A DNA stretch of 64,000 nt, taken from NCBI RefSeq assembly GCF_006345805.1, contig NC_042999.1:115134001-115198000 (forward strand), written 5' to 3'. The notes under the pieces are model-generated. The model was not told where the DNA came from and did not search any database. It worked only from the letters and a program-made list of their open reading frames with translations. Position 1 is the stretch's first letter; the number at the start of each line of letters is the position of its first letter. The stretch is from Octopus sinensis. Taxonomy: Eukaryota. The position numbers and the translations under genes are program-made. Of the stretch, positions 14,418 to 24,600 are shown piece after piece.

Positions 14418-15943
14418 GTATTGAAATTGTGTGATATTTGGTCAATAACTGATGAGAGGCTAAGCATTCTAGTGTTCTTGTATTAGCACACTTTAATAGG
14501 ATTCTAAATCATTTCCACTTCTAGAAGATAGAGGGTTAGATAAAATATATAATTATATATTTGTTTCAGGCTATAAATAATTAGTTTAGCATAGCCAAAT
14601 CACCATTATAAGGCGAATAGGAAGCATGCATACATATCATAGCTTATAGGAAATAGATTTAAAATCGATCTACATGAAATTGTATGACCTGAGTTGAGAT
14701 TAACCTTAAAATATTTTCACTTTAGGCTATCCCAATACCTTATCTATGTCACTTGTTGCTTTTTTTTTTTTTTTTCGTTTCTTTAACACGTACTTGGCAC
14801 CACGATATGATAGAACTGCTTATTATCCAGCAGAGACAATAAACCAAGCACTTTCCCTGATATATTTTTTATCAGATATGTCAATCCCAGATTGACGCAT
14901 AGATTAAAATACAACTTGAATAAATGAGTATACACGCACGCGAATTCTTACACATGTCCAAGTTTCGATCAAAAGAAAAAAAACCAATTACCCAAAACGC
15001 GAATATTAATGGGACTTTACCGGTGGGGATCATCATCATCATCATCATCATTTAGCGTCCGTTTTCCATGCTAGCATGGGTTGGACGGTTCTACTGGGGT
15101 CTGTGAAGCCAGAAGGCTTCATCAGGCCCAGTCAAATCTGGCAGTGTTTCTACGGCTGGATGCCCTTCCTAACGCCAACCACTCCGTGAGTGTAGTGGGT
15201 GCTTTTTACGTGCCACCCGCACTGGTGCCAGACAGAGCTGGCAAACGGCCACGAACGGATGGTGCTTTTTATGTGCCACCGGCACGAGGGCCAGGCGAGG
15301 CTGGCAACGGACACGAAACGGGGCAGTGCTGGCAACGGTCGCGAAACGGAAAGTTCTCTTACATGCCACCGGCACTGGTAACACATCTGCAATTTCCATT
15401 GATCGATTTCGATTCTGATCCTCACTTGCCTCAATGGGTCTTCACAAGCAGAGTTTCGACATGCCACCGGCACTGGTAGCACATCCGCAATTTCCATTGA
15501 TCGATTTCGATTGGATTAATAAACTCAAAATCTAATGGGAACGAACTTTAAAAGGAAATATATATCTCATACACTTGTATAATTTAATCTTAGTGCGTTA
15601 AGTTATCTAGAATGGAGAGCTGTGGCTTCCAAGGATCGTTTGTAAATTAGTATATCCCCCGGGGGGGGGGGGGTACAAATGGAAGTCTTGCCTTAGTTTC
15701 TATTAAGGGACGTAAAATGCCAACCAGGTCACACTACTAAAATACCATATAAAAATATTTCAACCGCAATAAAGGTGATATATGAAAAATATATATCTAG
15801 TATGAAGACAAAAAAATATAAACACTTTCAAAAGTAGCTGCTCAAAATTACAGATTAAAAGAAAATGAGTTCCTTTCTCGATTGAAGCATGAAGAAAAAC
15901 GAATTGCTAAGAGCAACAAGTTTGTGAGGATTATCGCTTTCTT

Positions 15944-15976
<33 letters not shown>

Positions 15977-18059
15977 TATATCATTTCAACACTAATGATG
16001 AAGTAAAGAGCAGTATGACAAAATGGTATCGGTTAAAAGATGTCAAATTAGCAACCTTTATGGCACGTATATTATATATAAAATCTTCATCGTATCTATT
16101 TCCACCCAAAGAAATAAACACAATCTTTAGGTAACTTAAGATCTCATAAGTAACGATAACAATAGCGCATCAGCTTCTAACCTCGACATCATTTGGACAA
16201 ATTTAAAAATAAGGATCGTTTTTCAGATGGATATGCACACACACACACTAATATATGTAGTATGTGTATATATCCATTTGAAAAATGATCCTTATTTTTA
16301 AACATTCATATAAAACGAAAAGAAAGAAGTAACGAACGAATCTATATGACAAACTACAGACCGGTTTCTAGTTTCTGAAAAATTCCTCTAGAGTTCTCTA
16401 TATATTACACATGTAATTTATCTCTATATATTACACATGTAATTTATCTCGACCAAGCTGCTTGGGCTTAGACATTTCCGGGGAGGGGGGGTTAAACAAG
16501 AGTCATTTATAAAATATACATTTCTGCAAATCGTAGACTGGATTTAGGTGGGAGCTGAGTAATGTTGCGGATTTAGTAATCGTAACTGTTGCACAAGGAA
16601 TAGTGGACAATTATTATAGAGAGAAAGATATTAAGATTTATTATTCTCTCAGATCGACTAAGTCAGAAAGAAGGTCCCTTCGGTTTAAATTATAAATACA
16701 GACATATATATATATTTATACACACACACACACACACATATATTCGTGAGTTTGGCATATATGTGTGTATATGTATATACAGAGTACCTATGAGAGAGAT
16801 GTGAACAAAGTTTTTTAGCTTCTCTTTATCTTTGATTAGCTTTAGACTATTTTTGATAGTTGTTCCTTGGAGTAGAGAGAATGAAGTAAATACGGTGAAT
16901 AAAATGATGAATGGGTGGTAGTGATCATACAAATAGTAGTAAATATTAACAATCATCATCATTATTATTAGTAAGTGGCGGGTGAAGAAGAAAAGCAGGA
17001 AGGCCTCTATCGACAACATTAGGGAGAATACATCCGGTCTTACGTGAACAAAGAAAGTAAACATTTGATATTGCAGAAGAAAATACGGAGGTATAGTAGC
17101 TTCAGAATATGAAATAATTTCCACTTGAACCAGCCATACCTCTTTTGCTATTGAATCCAAGCCGTTCTCTTTATAATGGCGTAAAATCTCAAATTCAGGG
17201 CCATTTTTCTGTCCCCTGGAAGTCGTAGGAATCTTATGAGGACTTCCTTGACCTAAAATTGTAGAAGAAAAAAAACCACAAGCAATACAAATGCACGTTT
17301 CTTTTTTCTATTAGTAAAATAAATTGATAATGAATTAAATGCATAAATAATAATAAACATATCAGAAATTAGAAAGTATAATGTACTTAGATCATTAATG
17401 ATCTTATATATGCATAGATAAATATGCATACATATAAATTATAAAAGAGAAAGTTTGTTTACAAATGAAACGATTTTCATACATCAGGGGTTATTTATAT
17501 ATATATATATATATACACACATATATATATATATATGTATATATATGTGTGTGTGTATATATACATACACACACATACATACATACATATATATATAAGT
17601 GCATACAGACTAAAATATAAACTGGGAAAGAAGTCAAGGTAAATAAATCAATGATCATGCACGTCAAGCATTTAAACTAGAAAGAAATATTCACATTCGA
17701 TTATTCAATTAACTTATTGTTAAGGCATGAAAGAGAACTTGAGTGTTCGATCAACATTAAAAAGTGGATCAGATCACTATTGTGACTTTATATACTGCAA
17801 AATAAATCAGTAAAAGAAACTCTCGTAACTTTTTTTTTTAACAAATAAATAATTTCGTAAACACTTGGGGAAAAAAATACATTTTCTATTGATGTTATGA
17901 TAACCTGAAATTATACTGGATGGTTCCCTGAGAGAGGGAGACGTATTCATTCTAAAGCTATCGCTTATAAGACAATCTGGATTTGTTTATAATACATAGA
18001 AATAAATATTCACCATCGTCCGGCCATAAGCTTGATAAAGTTGGACTGGAGTTAGCCAT
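660..18059 (-). CDS. TFDP1: Transcription factor Dp (E2F dimerisation partner), multi-exon, 3' end outside the window. Exons: 18014-18059, 17140-17252, 13984-14047, 9561-9652, 7575-7678, 7311-7473, 6226-6369, 5617-5685, 4185-4333, 660-796
   Basis: Spliced translation has the DP winged-helix ([30 protein letters not shown]), the DEF box ([34 protein letters not shown]), the coiled coil ([16 protein letters not shown]) and the marked box ([42 protein letters not shown]). All introns are GT-AG and phases join without frameshift (360 codons + 1 nt). Probably co-orthologous to vertebrate TFDP1/TFDP2. Confidence 0.95.
1707..2785 (+). mobile_element. Decayed Tc1/mariner-superfamily transposon (maT/DD37D-like) in a TFDP intron
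   Basis: Interrupted frames give FS(D)[64 protein letters not shown]; many stops and deletions. Confidence 0.8.
2790..2842 (+). mobile_element. Isolated Helitron 3' terminus (hairpin + CTAG) in a TA tract
   Basis: catgcactagcactatgacccggcaacgacgggtctttaatgctag is nearly identical to 58880-58924. Confidence 0.75.
3022..3335. repeat. Fold-back element (arms ~150 bp) with a degenerate hammerhead core; probably a Penelope-like pLTR derivative
   Basis: tataatgacctac..tttccac..gcaactactcactgttgcaaatg is mirrored by catttgcaacagtgaatagttgc..gtggaaa..gtaggtcattata; CTGATGA at 3183, GAAA at 3248. Confidence 0.7.
4185..4333 (-). CDS. TFDP1: TFDP coding exon 9, coiled coil / marked box
   Basis: [50 protein letters not shown]; canonical splice sites. 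Confidence 0.97.
5617..5685 (-). CDS. TFDP1: TFDP coding exon 8, coiled coil
   Basis: [23 protein letters not shown]; 69 nt; ttag acceptor and gtaagt donor. Confidence 0.95.
5857..6030 (+). mobile_element. Meta-core family tRNA-derived SINE, internally deleted
   Basis: Head agaaacgttagcacgccgggcgaaatgcttag, B-box-like gttcaaattcc and tail ggccttgtgcctagagtag match the other copies in the window. Confidence 0.8.
6226..6369 (-). CDS. TFDP1: TFDP coding exon 7, DEF box
   Basis: [48 protein letters not shown]; 144 nt; AG/GT flanks. Confidence 0.97.
6655..6835 (+). mobile_element. Meta-core SINE, decayed
   Basis: gagttcaaattccacc..gactttgctttccattcttttggggtcgataaaataagtaccag core. Confidence 0.75.
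7311..7473 (-). CDS. TFDP1: TFDP coding exon 6, DNA-binding domain N-half
   Basis: [54 protein letters not shown]; canonical splice sites. Confidence 0.97.
7575..7678 (-). CDS. TFDP1: TFDP coding exon 5 (VVTLPTQR...[19 protein letters not shown])
   Basis: ttcatag acceptor, AG|gtaatt donor, phase 0 to 2; followed by a 101-nt intron. Confidence 0.9.
9561..9652 (-). CDS. TFDP1: TFDP coding exon 4 ([31 protein letters not shown])
   Basis: ttttgttacag acceptor, gtaagt donor, phase 1 to 0 bridges exons 3 and 5, open frame. Confidence 0.8.
11274..11494. mobile_element. piggyBac-like MITE
   Basis: TIRs CCCTTTAGTGTT / AACACTAAAGGG, with TTAA on both sides (11270-11273, 11495-11498). Confidence 0.85.
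13984..14047 (-). CDS. TFDP1: TFDP coding exon 3 ([21 protein letters not shown])
   Basis: ctgtag acceptor, gtaagt donor, phase 0 to 1; resembles vertebrate AGLIEANGEL exon. Confidence 0.85.
15029..15512 (-). mobile_element. Young 5'-truncated RTE LINE 3'UTR copy (or RTE-tailed SINE) with (GAT)n tail
   Basis: Homologous to the 3'UTR of the RTE at 22256-22900; ~54-bp internal duplication (15361 and 15459); first ~220 bp match 49466-49686. Confidence 0.85.
16202..16302. repeat. Short inverted repeat around a CA/TA spacer
   Basis: tttaaaaataaggatcgtttttcagatggatat pairs with atatccatttgaaaaatgatccttatttttaaa. Confidence 0.8.
17140..17252 (-). CDS. TFDP1: TFDP coding exon 2 (GQGSPHKIP...[12 protein letters not shown])
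   Basis: Strong polypyrimidine acceptor ttttcttctacaattttag, donor GAG|gtatgg, open frame; terminal IAKE aligns with vertebrate MAKD. Confidence 0.8.
18014..18059 (-). CDS. TFDP1: TFDP first coding exon ([16 protein letters not shown])
   Basis: ATG at 18059 in ataATGG context, donor G|gtgaat, phase 1 matches the next exon, lies just downstream of the CpG-rich promoter. No homology support. Confidence 0.65.
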
Positions 18060-18665
18060 TATCCGTTTGAAAGAATTAATCGGCAACAAAATTATTTTTT
18101 CTTCGGGCAACACTCTGGCAAGAGAGCCCGACTGAGAATCTGTAGGGACCGGACAGGGTTGCGGCTGCTATTCAGATGCACTCTACTGATAGGTTCAATG
18201 GCAGTAGCTGCTATAGACACTGTTATTGTTATATTATATTATTGGAAGAGGTAATAAAAAGCAAGATGATTAGGAATGGGTTTTTTTAAATGATATACAC
18301 AAAATGGCGACGACGGCGATTTTTCTAAAGTCTTACACGGTGCCGTCACTTTTTCCCCCTTTCTCTTCTTGTGATTGGGAGGGGTTACCACAATTTCGCA
18401 AGGGCGGATCGTCGTGCGGCGGCTCTATGTACCCAATTGTTCATTACCAGCGGTTCTTTCGTGGTACAAAGAGAGCCGTGCAGACCGCCAGAACACGCCA
18501 TCATAAAGTCATGTCCATCTTCCTGTTACGCTAGAAACTTTTCAAGTCTCGCTGCAAAACGCGCTTGGCGGTGACCACTTCCTTTAGCGTAAAATGATTG
18601 GTTAAAGTGAGCCACGTGACAATCCAGAGTCTGCGCATGGCGCAAAGAAAAGAACGGGAAAATTG
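18060..18665. promoter_or_regulatory. CpG-rich 5'UTR and promoter of TFDP
   Basis: Local CpG/GC peak upstream of the ATG. YY1 motif AAAATGGCG (18301), inverted CCAAT boxes (18374, ~18597), ETS-like CACTTCCT (~18576), E-box CACGTGAC (18613), NRF1-like TGCGCATGGCGCA (18632), E2F-like TTGGCGG and ACGGGAAA. Confidence 0.75.
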
Positions 18666-19160
18666 ATAAAAGTATGGAATCTCATGAAGGCAAAAATAAG
18701 CCTTACCAAATTTTGCTTCAATTCCATTACGTTACAGAAAAGTCCTGCATCAATTATTTTACAATATTTGACACTTGACCACTTCAGATTTTACAATTTT
18801 AGCTTTCATAACACTATAACTGTATTTCTTATCAGTAAGTTTATCTGATTTGTTGATTAAACTGGATACATTTCAGTATACTATCTTGAACAATTTTATA
18901 CCATAATTTATATAGCCTTACAACCAACGATATGTAACCCATTTACTGCACAATGTAGTTTAATGTTTCAATTTGTAACACTTAAAATCATACTGAATGT
19001 TTTTGAGGCAATGGCTGAGGTGTGTCTACCAGCTCAGAGTATCACCTGCTACTTAGTAAACATGTAAAAACTGACTGCTACATGCAAAAGCAAAAGGCTT
19101 CAATTGCTTATAATGAATTCCAAGATTAATTTACAAAATATACAGTGATAATACATACAC

Positions 19161-19197
<37 letters not shown>

Positions 19198-19324
19198 TGT
19201 GTGTGTATTTGTAACAATATATATATATGCATATTAATATATATATATATAATCAATGATAAAATCTATATAAGATATCAAGGAGCCAGCTACCTATATA
19301 TATATATGTGTGTGTGTGTGTGTA

Positions 19325-19404
<80 letters not shown>

Positions 19405-19409
<5 letters not shown>

Positions 19410-19678
19410 CCAGCCTCGCCTGGCCAGTGGCACGTAGAAAACACCATCCGAGCGTGGCCGTTCGCCAGCCTCGTCTGGCACCTGTGTCGGTGGCACATAA
19501 AAAGCACCCATTACACTCATGGAGTGGTTGGCGTTAGGAAGGGCATCCAGCTGTAGAAACACTGCCAGATCTGACTGGCCTGGTGCAGCATTCGGGCTTC
19601 CCAGACCCCAGTTGAACCGTCCAACCCATGCTAGCATGGAAAGCGGACGTTAAACGAGGATGATGATGATGATGATGA
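19405..19678 (+). mobile_element. RTE 3'UTR short copy inserted in (TA)n
   Basis: gtggcacataaaaagcaccc..ggcgttaggaagggcatccagc..cccatgctagcatggaaagcggacgttaaac followed by (GAT)n. Confidence 0.85.
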
Positions 19679-19731
19679 TATATATAGTTGTCTGAAAATC
19701 CAGAAGTCAGAAATTCTCAGTAGTGTCGTTA

Positions 19732-20015
19732 TATTAATCGAAGCTTTCAGTATCATAGACCTTACTAATTTGGGTTCACACTACATATTTGATAACTGGA
19801 TATTAAATAACAGGGCAGTTAACAAATGTACATGCTCATCAGGGTAGTAGGTCAAGGGGAAGCCATTATATTTCTTCCATACTTGTCATCCCTAAAGAGC
19901 ACATTTATTAGATAGCAGCCCTGTAATCTAATATCCAGTTATCTAATATCTGGTGTAAAACCAGTTGATAAGATCAGCTGTAATGGATCTATAATGTTGT
20001 AGACTTTGATTGATA
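19732..20015. repeat. Fold-back element with hammerhead-core remnants
   Basis: gataactggatattaaataacagggc pairs with gccctgtaatctaatatccagttatc; minus-strand CTGATGA at 19836-19842, decayed copy CTAAAGA near 19892. Confidence 0.65.
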
Positions 20016-20630
20016 GTGTATATATATATATAGAGAGAGAGAGCGGGAGACTGACATACATACACAAGTCATGGCTGTGTGGTAAGAAATTAGCTTCCCA
20101 ACCACATGGTTCCAGGTTTTCAACCCACTGTGTTGCACCTTAAGCAAATGTCTTCTACTATAGCCTTAGACTGACCAAAGCCTTTTCAGTAACCAAAATC
20201 TAAAACTTATTTTATGATAAACTGAATGATGGGCAAATATATATGTTGTACCCAACATATGTATGTGTGTATGGATGGATGGATGGATCGATGGATGGAT
20301 AGATGTACATATGTATGTAGTTAGGTTGATAACTAGATATATGTGTGTGTTGTGCTGGTATAGTCATGTGATGTGGATGGATGCTGAAAGTTCCAAACAG
20401 AAGTGTTGATCCCTCAAAGTAAATGGAACATGTGGAAGTGGGAGACTGAGGAAGACATGGCACAAAATACTGAAGAATGACGTTAGGACACTGAACCTTT
20501 CAGGTGAGATGACAAAGGACCAAGATGCCTGGTGCCTTGTGGTAATCAAGAAGACCTTTATGTCGACAGGTCAGTCAGTCCTAAGAAGTGGGCAAAGGCT
20601 TCCATGAAAGGTGCCAGAAAAAACTCAAAA

Positions 20631-21025
20631 GGCAGCGAGCTGGTAGAAACATTAACACGCTGGGCAAAATGCTTAGTGGTAATTTGTCTGCCGCTACGTT
20701 CTGAGTCCAAATTCCGTCAAGGTTGACTTTGCCTTTCATCCTTTAGGGGTCGATTAAATAAGTACCAGTTACACACTGGGGTCGATATAATCGACTTAAT
20801 CCATTTGTCTGTCCTTGTTTGTCCCCTCTGTGTGTAGCCCCTTGTGGGCAGTAAAGAAATAGGTATTTCGTCTGCTGCTACGTTCTGAGTTCAAATTCCG
20901 CTGAGGTCGACTTTGCCTTTCAACCTTTCGGGGTCGATTAAATAAGTACCAGTTACACACTGGGGTCAATGTAATTGACTTAATCCCTTTGTCTGTCCTT
21001 GTTTGTCCTCTCTATGTTTAGCTCC
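20631..21025 (+). mobile_element. Dimeric Meta-core SINE
   Basis: One head then two tandem bodies, each with gactttgcctttca.cctttcggggtcgattaaataagtaccag; junction aaatag|gtatttcg at 20862/20863. Confidence 0.85.
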
Positions 21026-21029
21026 ACTG

Positions 21030-22142
21030 AAGGAATACGTATCCAGAATATGCTCTCATCTAAATTTGCTAGTTCGCAGTACACCTGCCCTCAAACCCTC
21101 TCACCCCTCCACCCTGCTGTCCCCTGTCCCAGGATCTCACAGGCCCATACTTCCCAGACCCTCAAGGTTGGCACTCTCAACTTCAGCACACTGAAAGGTA
21201 GGTCTGGTGATATTGTTGAGATGCTTGAACAGAGACGTGTCGATATGTGCTGCCTCCAAGAAGTAAGGTGAAGAGGAAGTGCTGCTAGGTTCCTCACAGG
21301 CAAAGAACACAGGTGCAAGATTTTCTGGGCAGGGAACAATGACAGGATCGGGGCGTGTGTATACTTCTTGCAGAGAAATGGGTGGATAAGGTAACTGAGG
21401 TAGTCATAGTATGCAACAGATTACTTAAGATTAGATTAGTGCTTCATCATGGGTTAGCAACCATTATCTCGGCCTATGCCACTCAGCCGGGGTTACCCGA
21501 TGGACAGACTACCGCACTGACAAATGACAGGGTCCTTCTCTTTGTGGCTGGTGACTTCAATGGACATGTTGGACAGCATACAAGGGACTTCCATGGCATA
21601 CATGGAGGCTATGGGTTTGGTTCCAGCAATGAGGAGGGAACCAGGCTGCTGGAGTTCTGCAATGCAAATGATCTTATGGTTTGCAATACTAACTTCAGAA
21701 AACCTGCCAGTCACCTAGTCACCTACCATTCTGGCAGACACACTAGCCAAATTGACTACATTCTCACCAGAAAAAGGAAAATTACAGAGGTATCAAGTTG
21801 TTGGATCAGGTAATGAAGGTCACAGAGAGGGTCATAGCCCAACTAATTAGGGAGAGAGTCAGTATAGATGAGATGCAGTTTGGGTTCATGCCAGGGAAAA
21901 GCACCACTAATGCTATATTTCTGGTAAGACAGCTGCAGGAGAGACACCTAGCCAAAGATAAACCTCTGTACCTGGCTTTCGTTGACATGGAGAAAGCCTT
22001 TGACAGGGTCCCCCGATCCCTTATCTGGTGGTCAATGAGGAAACTAGTTAGTGAGAGCTGTGCAAGTCATGTACAGGGATGCTGTCAGTAAGGTGAGGGT
22101 TGGCAATGAGTACAGTGAAGAATTCCAAGTAGAGATAGGGGT
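21030..22142 (+). mobile_element. RTE-clade LINE fragment (AP endonuclease fused by internal deletion to the RT N-half), defective
   Basis: LKVGTLN, VDMCCLQEVR, VAGDFNGHVG, SQIDYIL, then NYRGIKLL, QFGFMPGKSTT, AFVDMEKAFDRVPR; stops and frameshifts. Confidence 0.92.
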
Positions 22143-22255
22143 TGAAATATAAAAGACTTTCTCACTTTCTTGAGCATCAAACTAATTCTCTTGCTAGTTG
22201 TTTATACACTTGTCTCTGTCTTTGTAAATTTCAACTATATATATATATATATATC

Positions 22256-24600
22256 ATCATCATCATCATCATCATTTAATGTCCGCATTCCATGCTAGCA
22301 TGGGTTGGAAGATTTTACTGAGGACTGGCAAACCAGATGGCTGCACCAGGTTCCAATCTGATCTGGCAGAGTTTCTACAGCTAGATGCCCTTCCTAACAC
22401 CAACCACTCTGAGAGTGTAGTTGGTGCTTTTATGTGACACCAGCACGAAAGCCAGTCAGGCAGTACTGACAACAGCTATGCTCAAGTGGTGTTTTCTACG
22501 TGCCACCTGCACAGGAGCCAGTCCAGCAGCACTGGCAATGACCTCGCTTGAATGTTTTTCATGTGCCACCGGCACAAATGCCAGTAAGGCAACGCTGATA
22601 ACAATCACGTTCGAATGGTGCTTTTCACATGCCACCACCAGCTGAAGCCAGTTAGCCGCTCTGGCAGCGATCATGCTCAGATGGTGCTCTTAGCACTCCA
22701 CCGGCATGAGTGCCAATCATCGAATTTGCGAAGTTGATTTGATTTCGATTTCACTTGCCTCAACAAGTCTATGCAAGCAGAGTTTAGAGTCCACTGAAGG
22801 AGAGGTACGCATAGGTGGGCTGGTTACACCCCTGGCACAGGCCACAGGTTAAGGTATCACTTGGCTTGTTGAGTCTTCTCACGCACTGCATATTTCCAAA
22901 GGTCTCAGTTGCTAGTCATTGCATCGATGGGGCCTAATGTTCGAAGGTCGTGCTTCACTACCTCATCCCAGGTCTTCCTGGGTCTACCTCTTCCACAGGT
23001 TCCCTCAACCACTTGGGTGTGGCACTTTTTCACACAGCTATCCTCATCCATTCTTGCCACATGACCATACCAACGCAGTCGTCTCTCTTGCACACCACAA
23101 CTGATGCTTCTTAGGTCCAACTTTTCTCTCAAGGTACTTACACTCTGCCAAGTATGAACACTGACATTATACATCCATCAGGGAATACTGGCTTCATTCC
23201 TTGCAAGCTTACGCATGTCCTCAGCAGTCACGACCCATGTTTCACTGCCATGTAGCATGGCTGTTCGTACACATACGTCATACAGTCTACCTTTTACTCT
23301 GAGCGAGAGGCCCTTTGTCACCAGCAGAGGTAAGAGCTCTCTGAACTTTGCCCAGGCAATTCTAGCAGCTACACTTTCAGTGCATTCTCCCCCGCTACTG
23401 ATTTGGTCACCTAGGTAACAGAAGCTATCAACTACTTCTAGTTTTTCTCCCTGGAATGTAACAGAAGTTGTTCTCTGCACATTTTCAGTGTTTATTGCTC
23501 CTGACCATCTACCACATGCAAAAACTATCTTCCCAATTAGCCTTCCTTTGATATTGCTGCACCTCTTATGTGTCCATAGCTTACACTGGGTATATCTTAT
23601 AGAGTTTCTACCTATGCCTTTTCTACAAATTGAGCAGGGCCATCTACCTGAAAGGATTTGTGGTTTGTCTGCCTTCCTACTTATTAGGACTTTGGTTTTA
23701 GCTAGGTTGACTCTAAGGCCCTTCGATTCTAATCCTTGTTTCCACACCTGAAACTTCTCTTCTAGTTCTGATAGTGACTCAGTAATTAGAGCAAGGTCGT
23801 CAGCATAGAGGAGCTCCCAGGGGCATCCTGTCTTGAATTCCTCTGTTATTGCCTGGAGGACCTGGAGTACTATGATAAATAGGAGGGGGCTGAGGACTGA
23901 ACCTTGGTGGACACCTACCTCTACCCGGAATTCTTCACTGTACTTGTTGTCAACCCTCACCTTACTGACAGCATCCCTGTACATGGCTTGCACAGCTCTC
24001 ACTAACTAGTTTCCTCATTGACCACCAGATATGGGATTGGGGGCCCTGTCAACAGCTTTCTCCATGTCAACGAAAGCCAGGTACAGAGGTTTATCTTTGG
24101 CTAGGTATTTCTCCTGCAGCTGTCTTACCAGAAATATAGCATTAGTGGTGCTTTTTCTTGGCACGAAACCAAACTGCATCTCATCTAAACTGACTCTCTC
24201 CCTAATTAGTTGGGCTATGACCCTGTCCATGACCTTCATTACCTGATCCAACAACTTGATACCTCTGTAATTATTTGTATCTAAAGCGTCACCTTTACCT
24301 TTGTTTGGATATGACTCCTTTGTGTATCACCTGGTTAACTATATGGGTGGCTAGGCTATAGCCGACACTGCTAGATATTTTACACATCTCTGCAGTGATT
24401 CCCGATGGGTCAGGGGCTTTCTCTGTCTTCATACTCTTAATTGCTTTATCTACCAAGGTATTGTCAACTCGGATAGCTGGTCCCTCTGTTGGGTCGACAT
24501 TCGGCAGACTCTCTTTCTCCCATTCGTTTTCTTTATTGAGCAACCTTTCATAGTGGCATCTTCAAACCTCTCTCTTTGCAGCCTCATTTAGTGCATCATC
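22256..24600 (-). mobile_element. RTE-clade LINE, 5'-truncated: RT, Cys-rich insert, C-terminus, 3'UTR and (GAT)n tail
   Basis: GVHQGSVLSPLLF, LLYADDLAL, CSIC..C..W.HKRC, FCYLG, LHGSETW, RLRWYGHVAR, RGRPRKTW; frameshifted. Confidence 0.95.

Noticed and set aside
15081-15497. ORFs of 115-132 aa, repeated at 49515
   Set aside because: Chance frames in the RTE 3'UTR repeat.
18304-18574. Plus-strand ORFs MATTAIFLK... in the promoter
   Set aside because: The ATG is part of the YY1 motif, no recognisable protein, and GC-rich promoter DNA has few stops.
21030-24600. Single LINE with a twin-priming 5' inversion
   Set aside because: The two parts converge tail to tail, overlap by ~360 bp and are diverged; twin priming gives the opposite arrangement.
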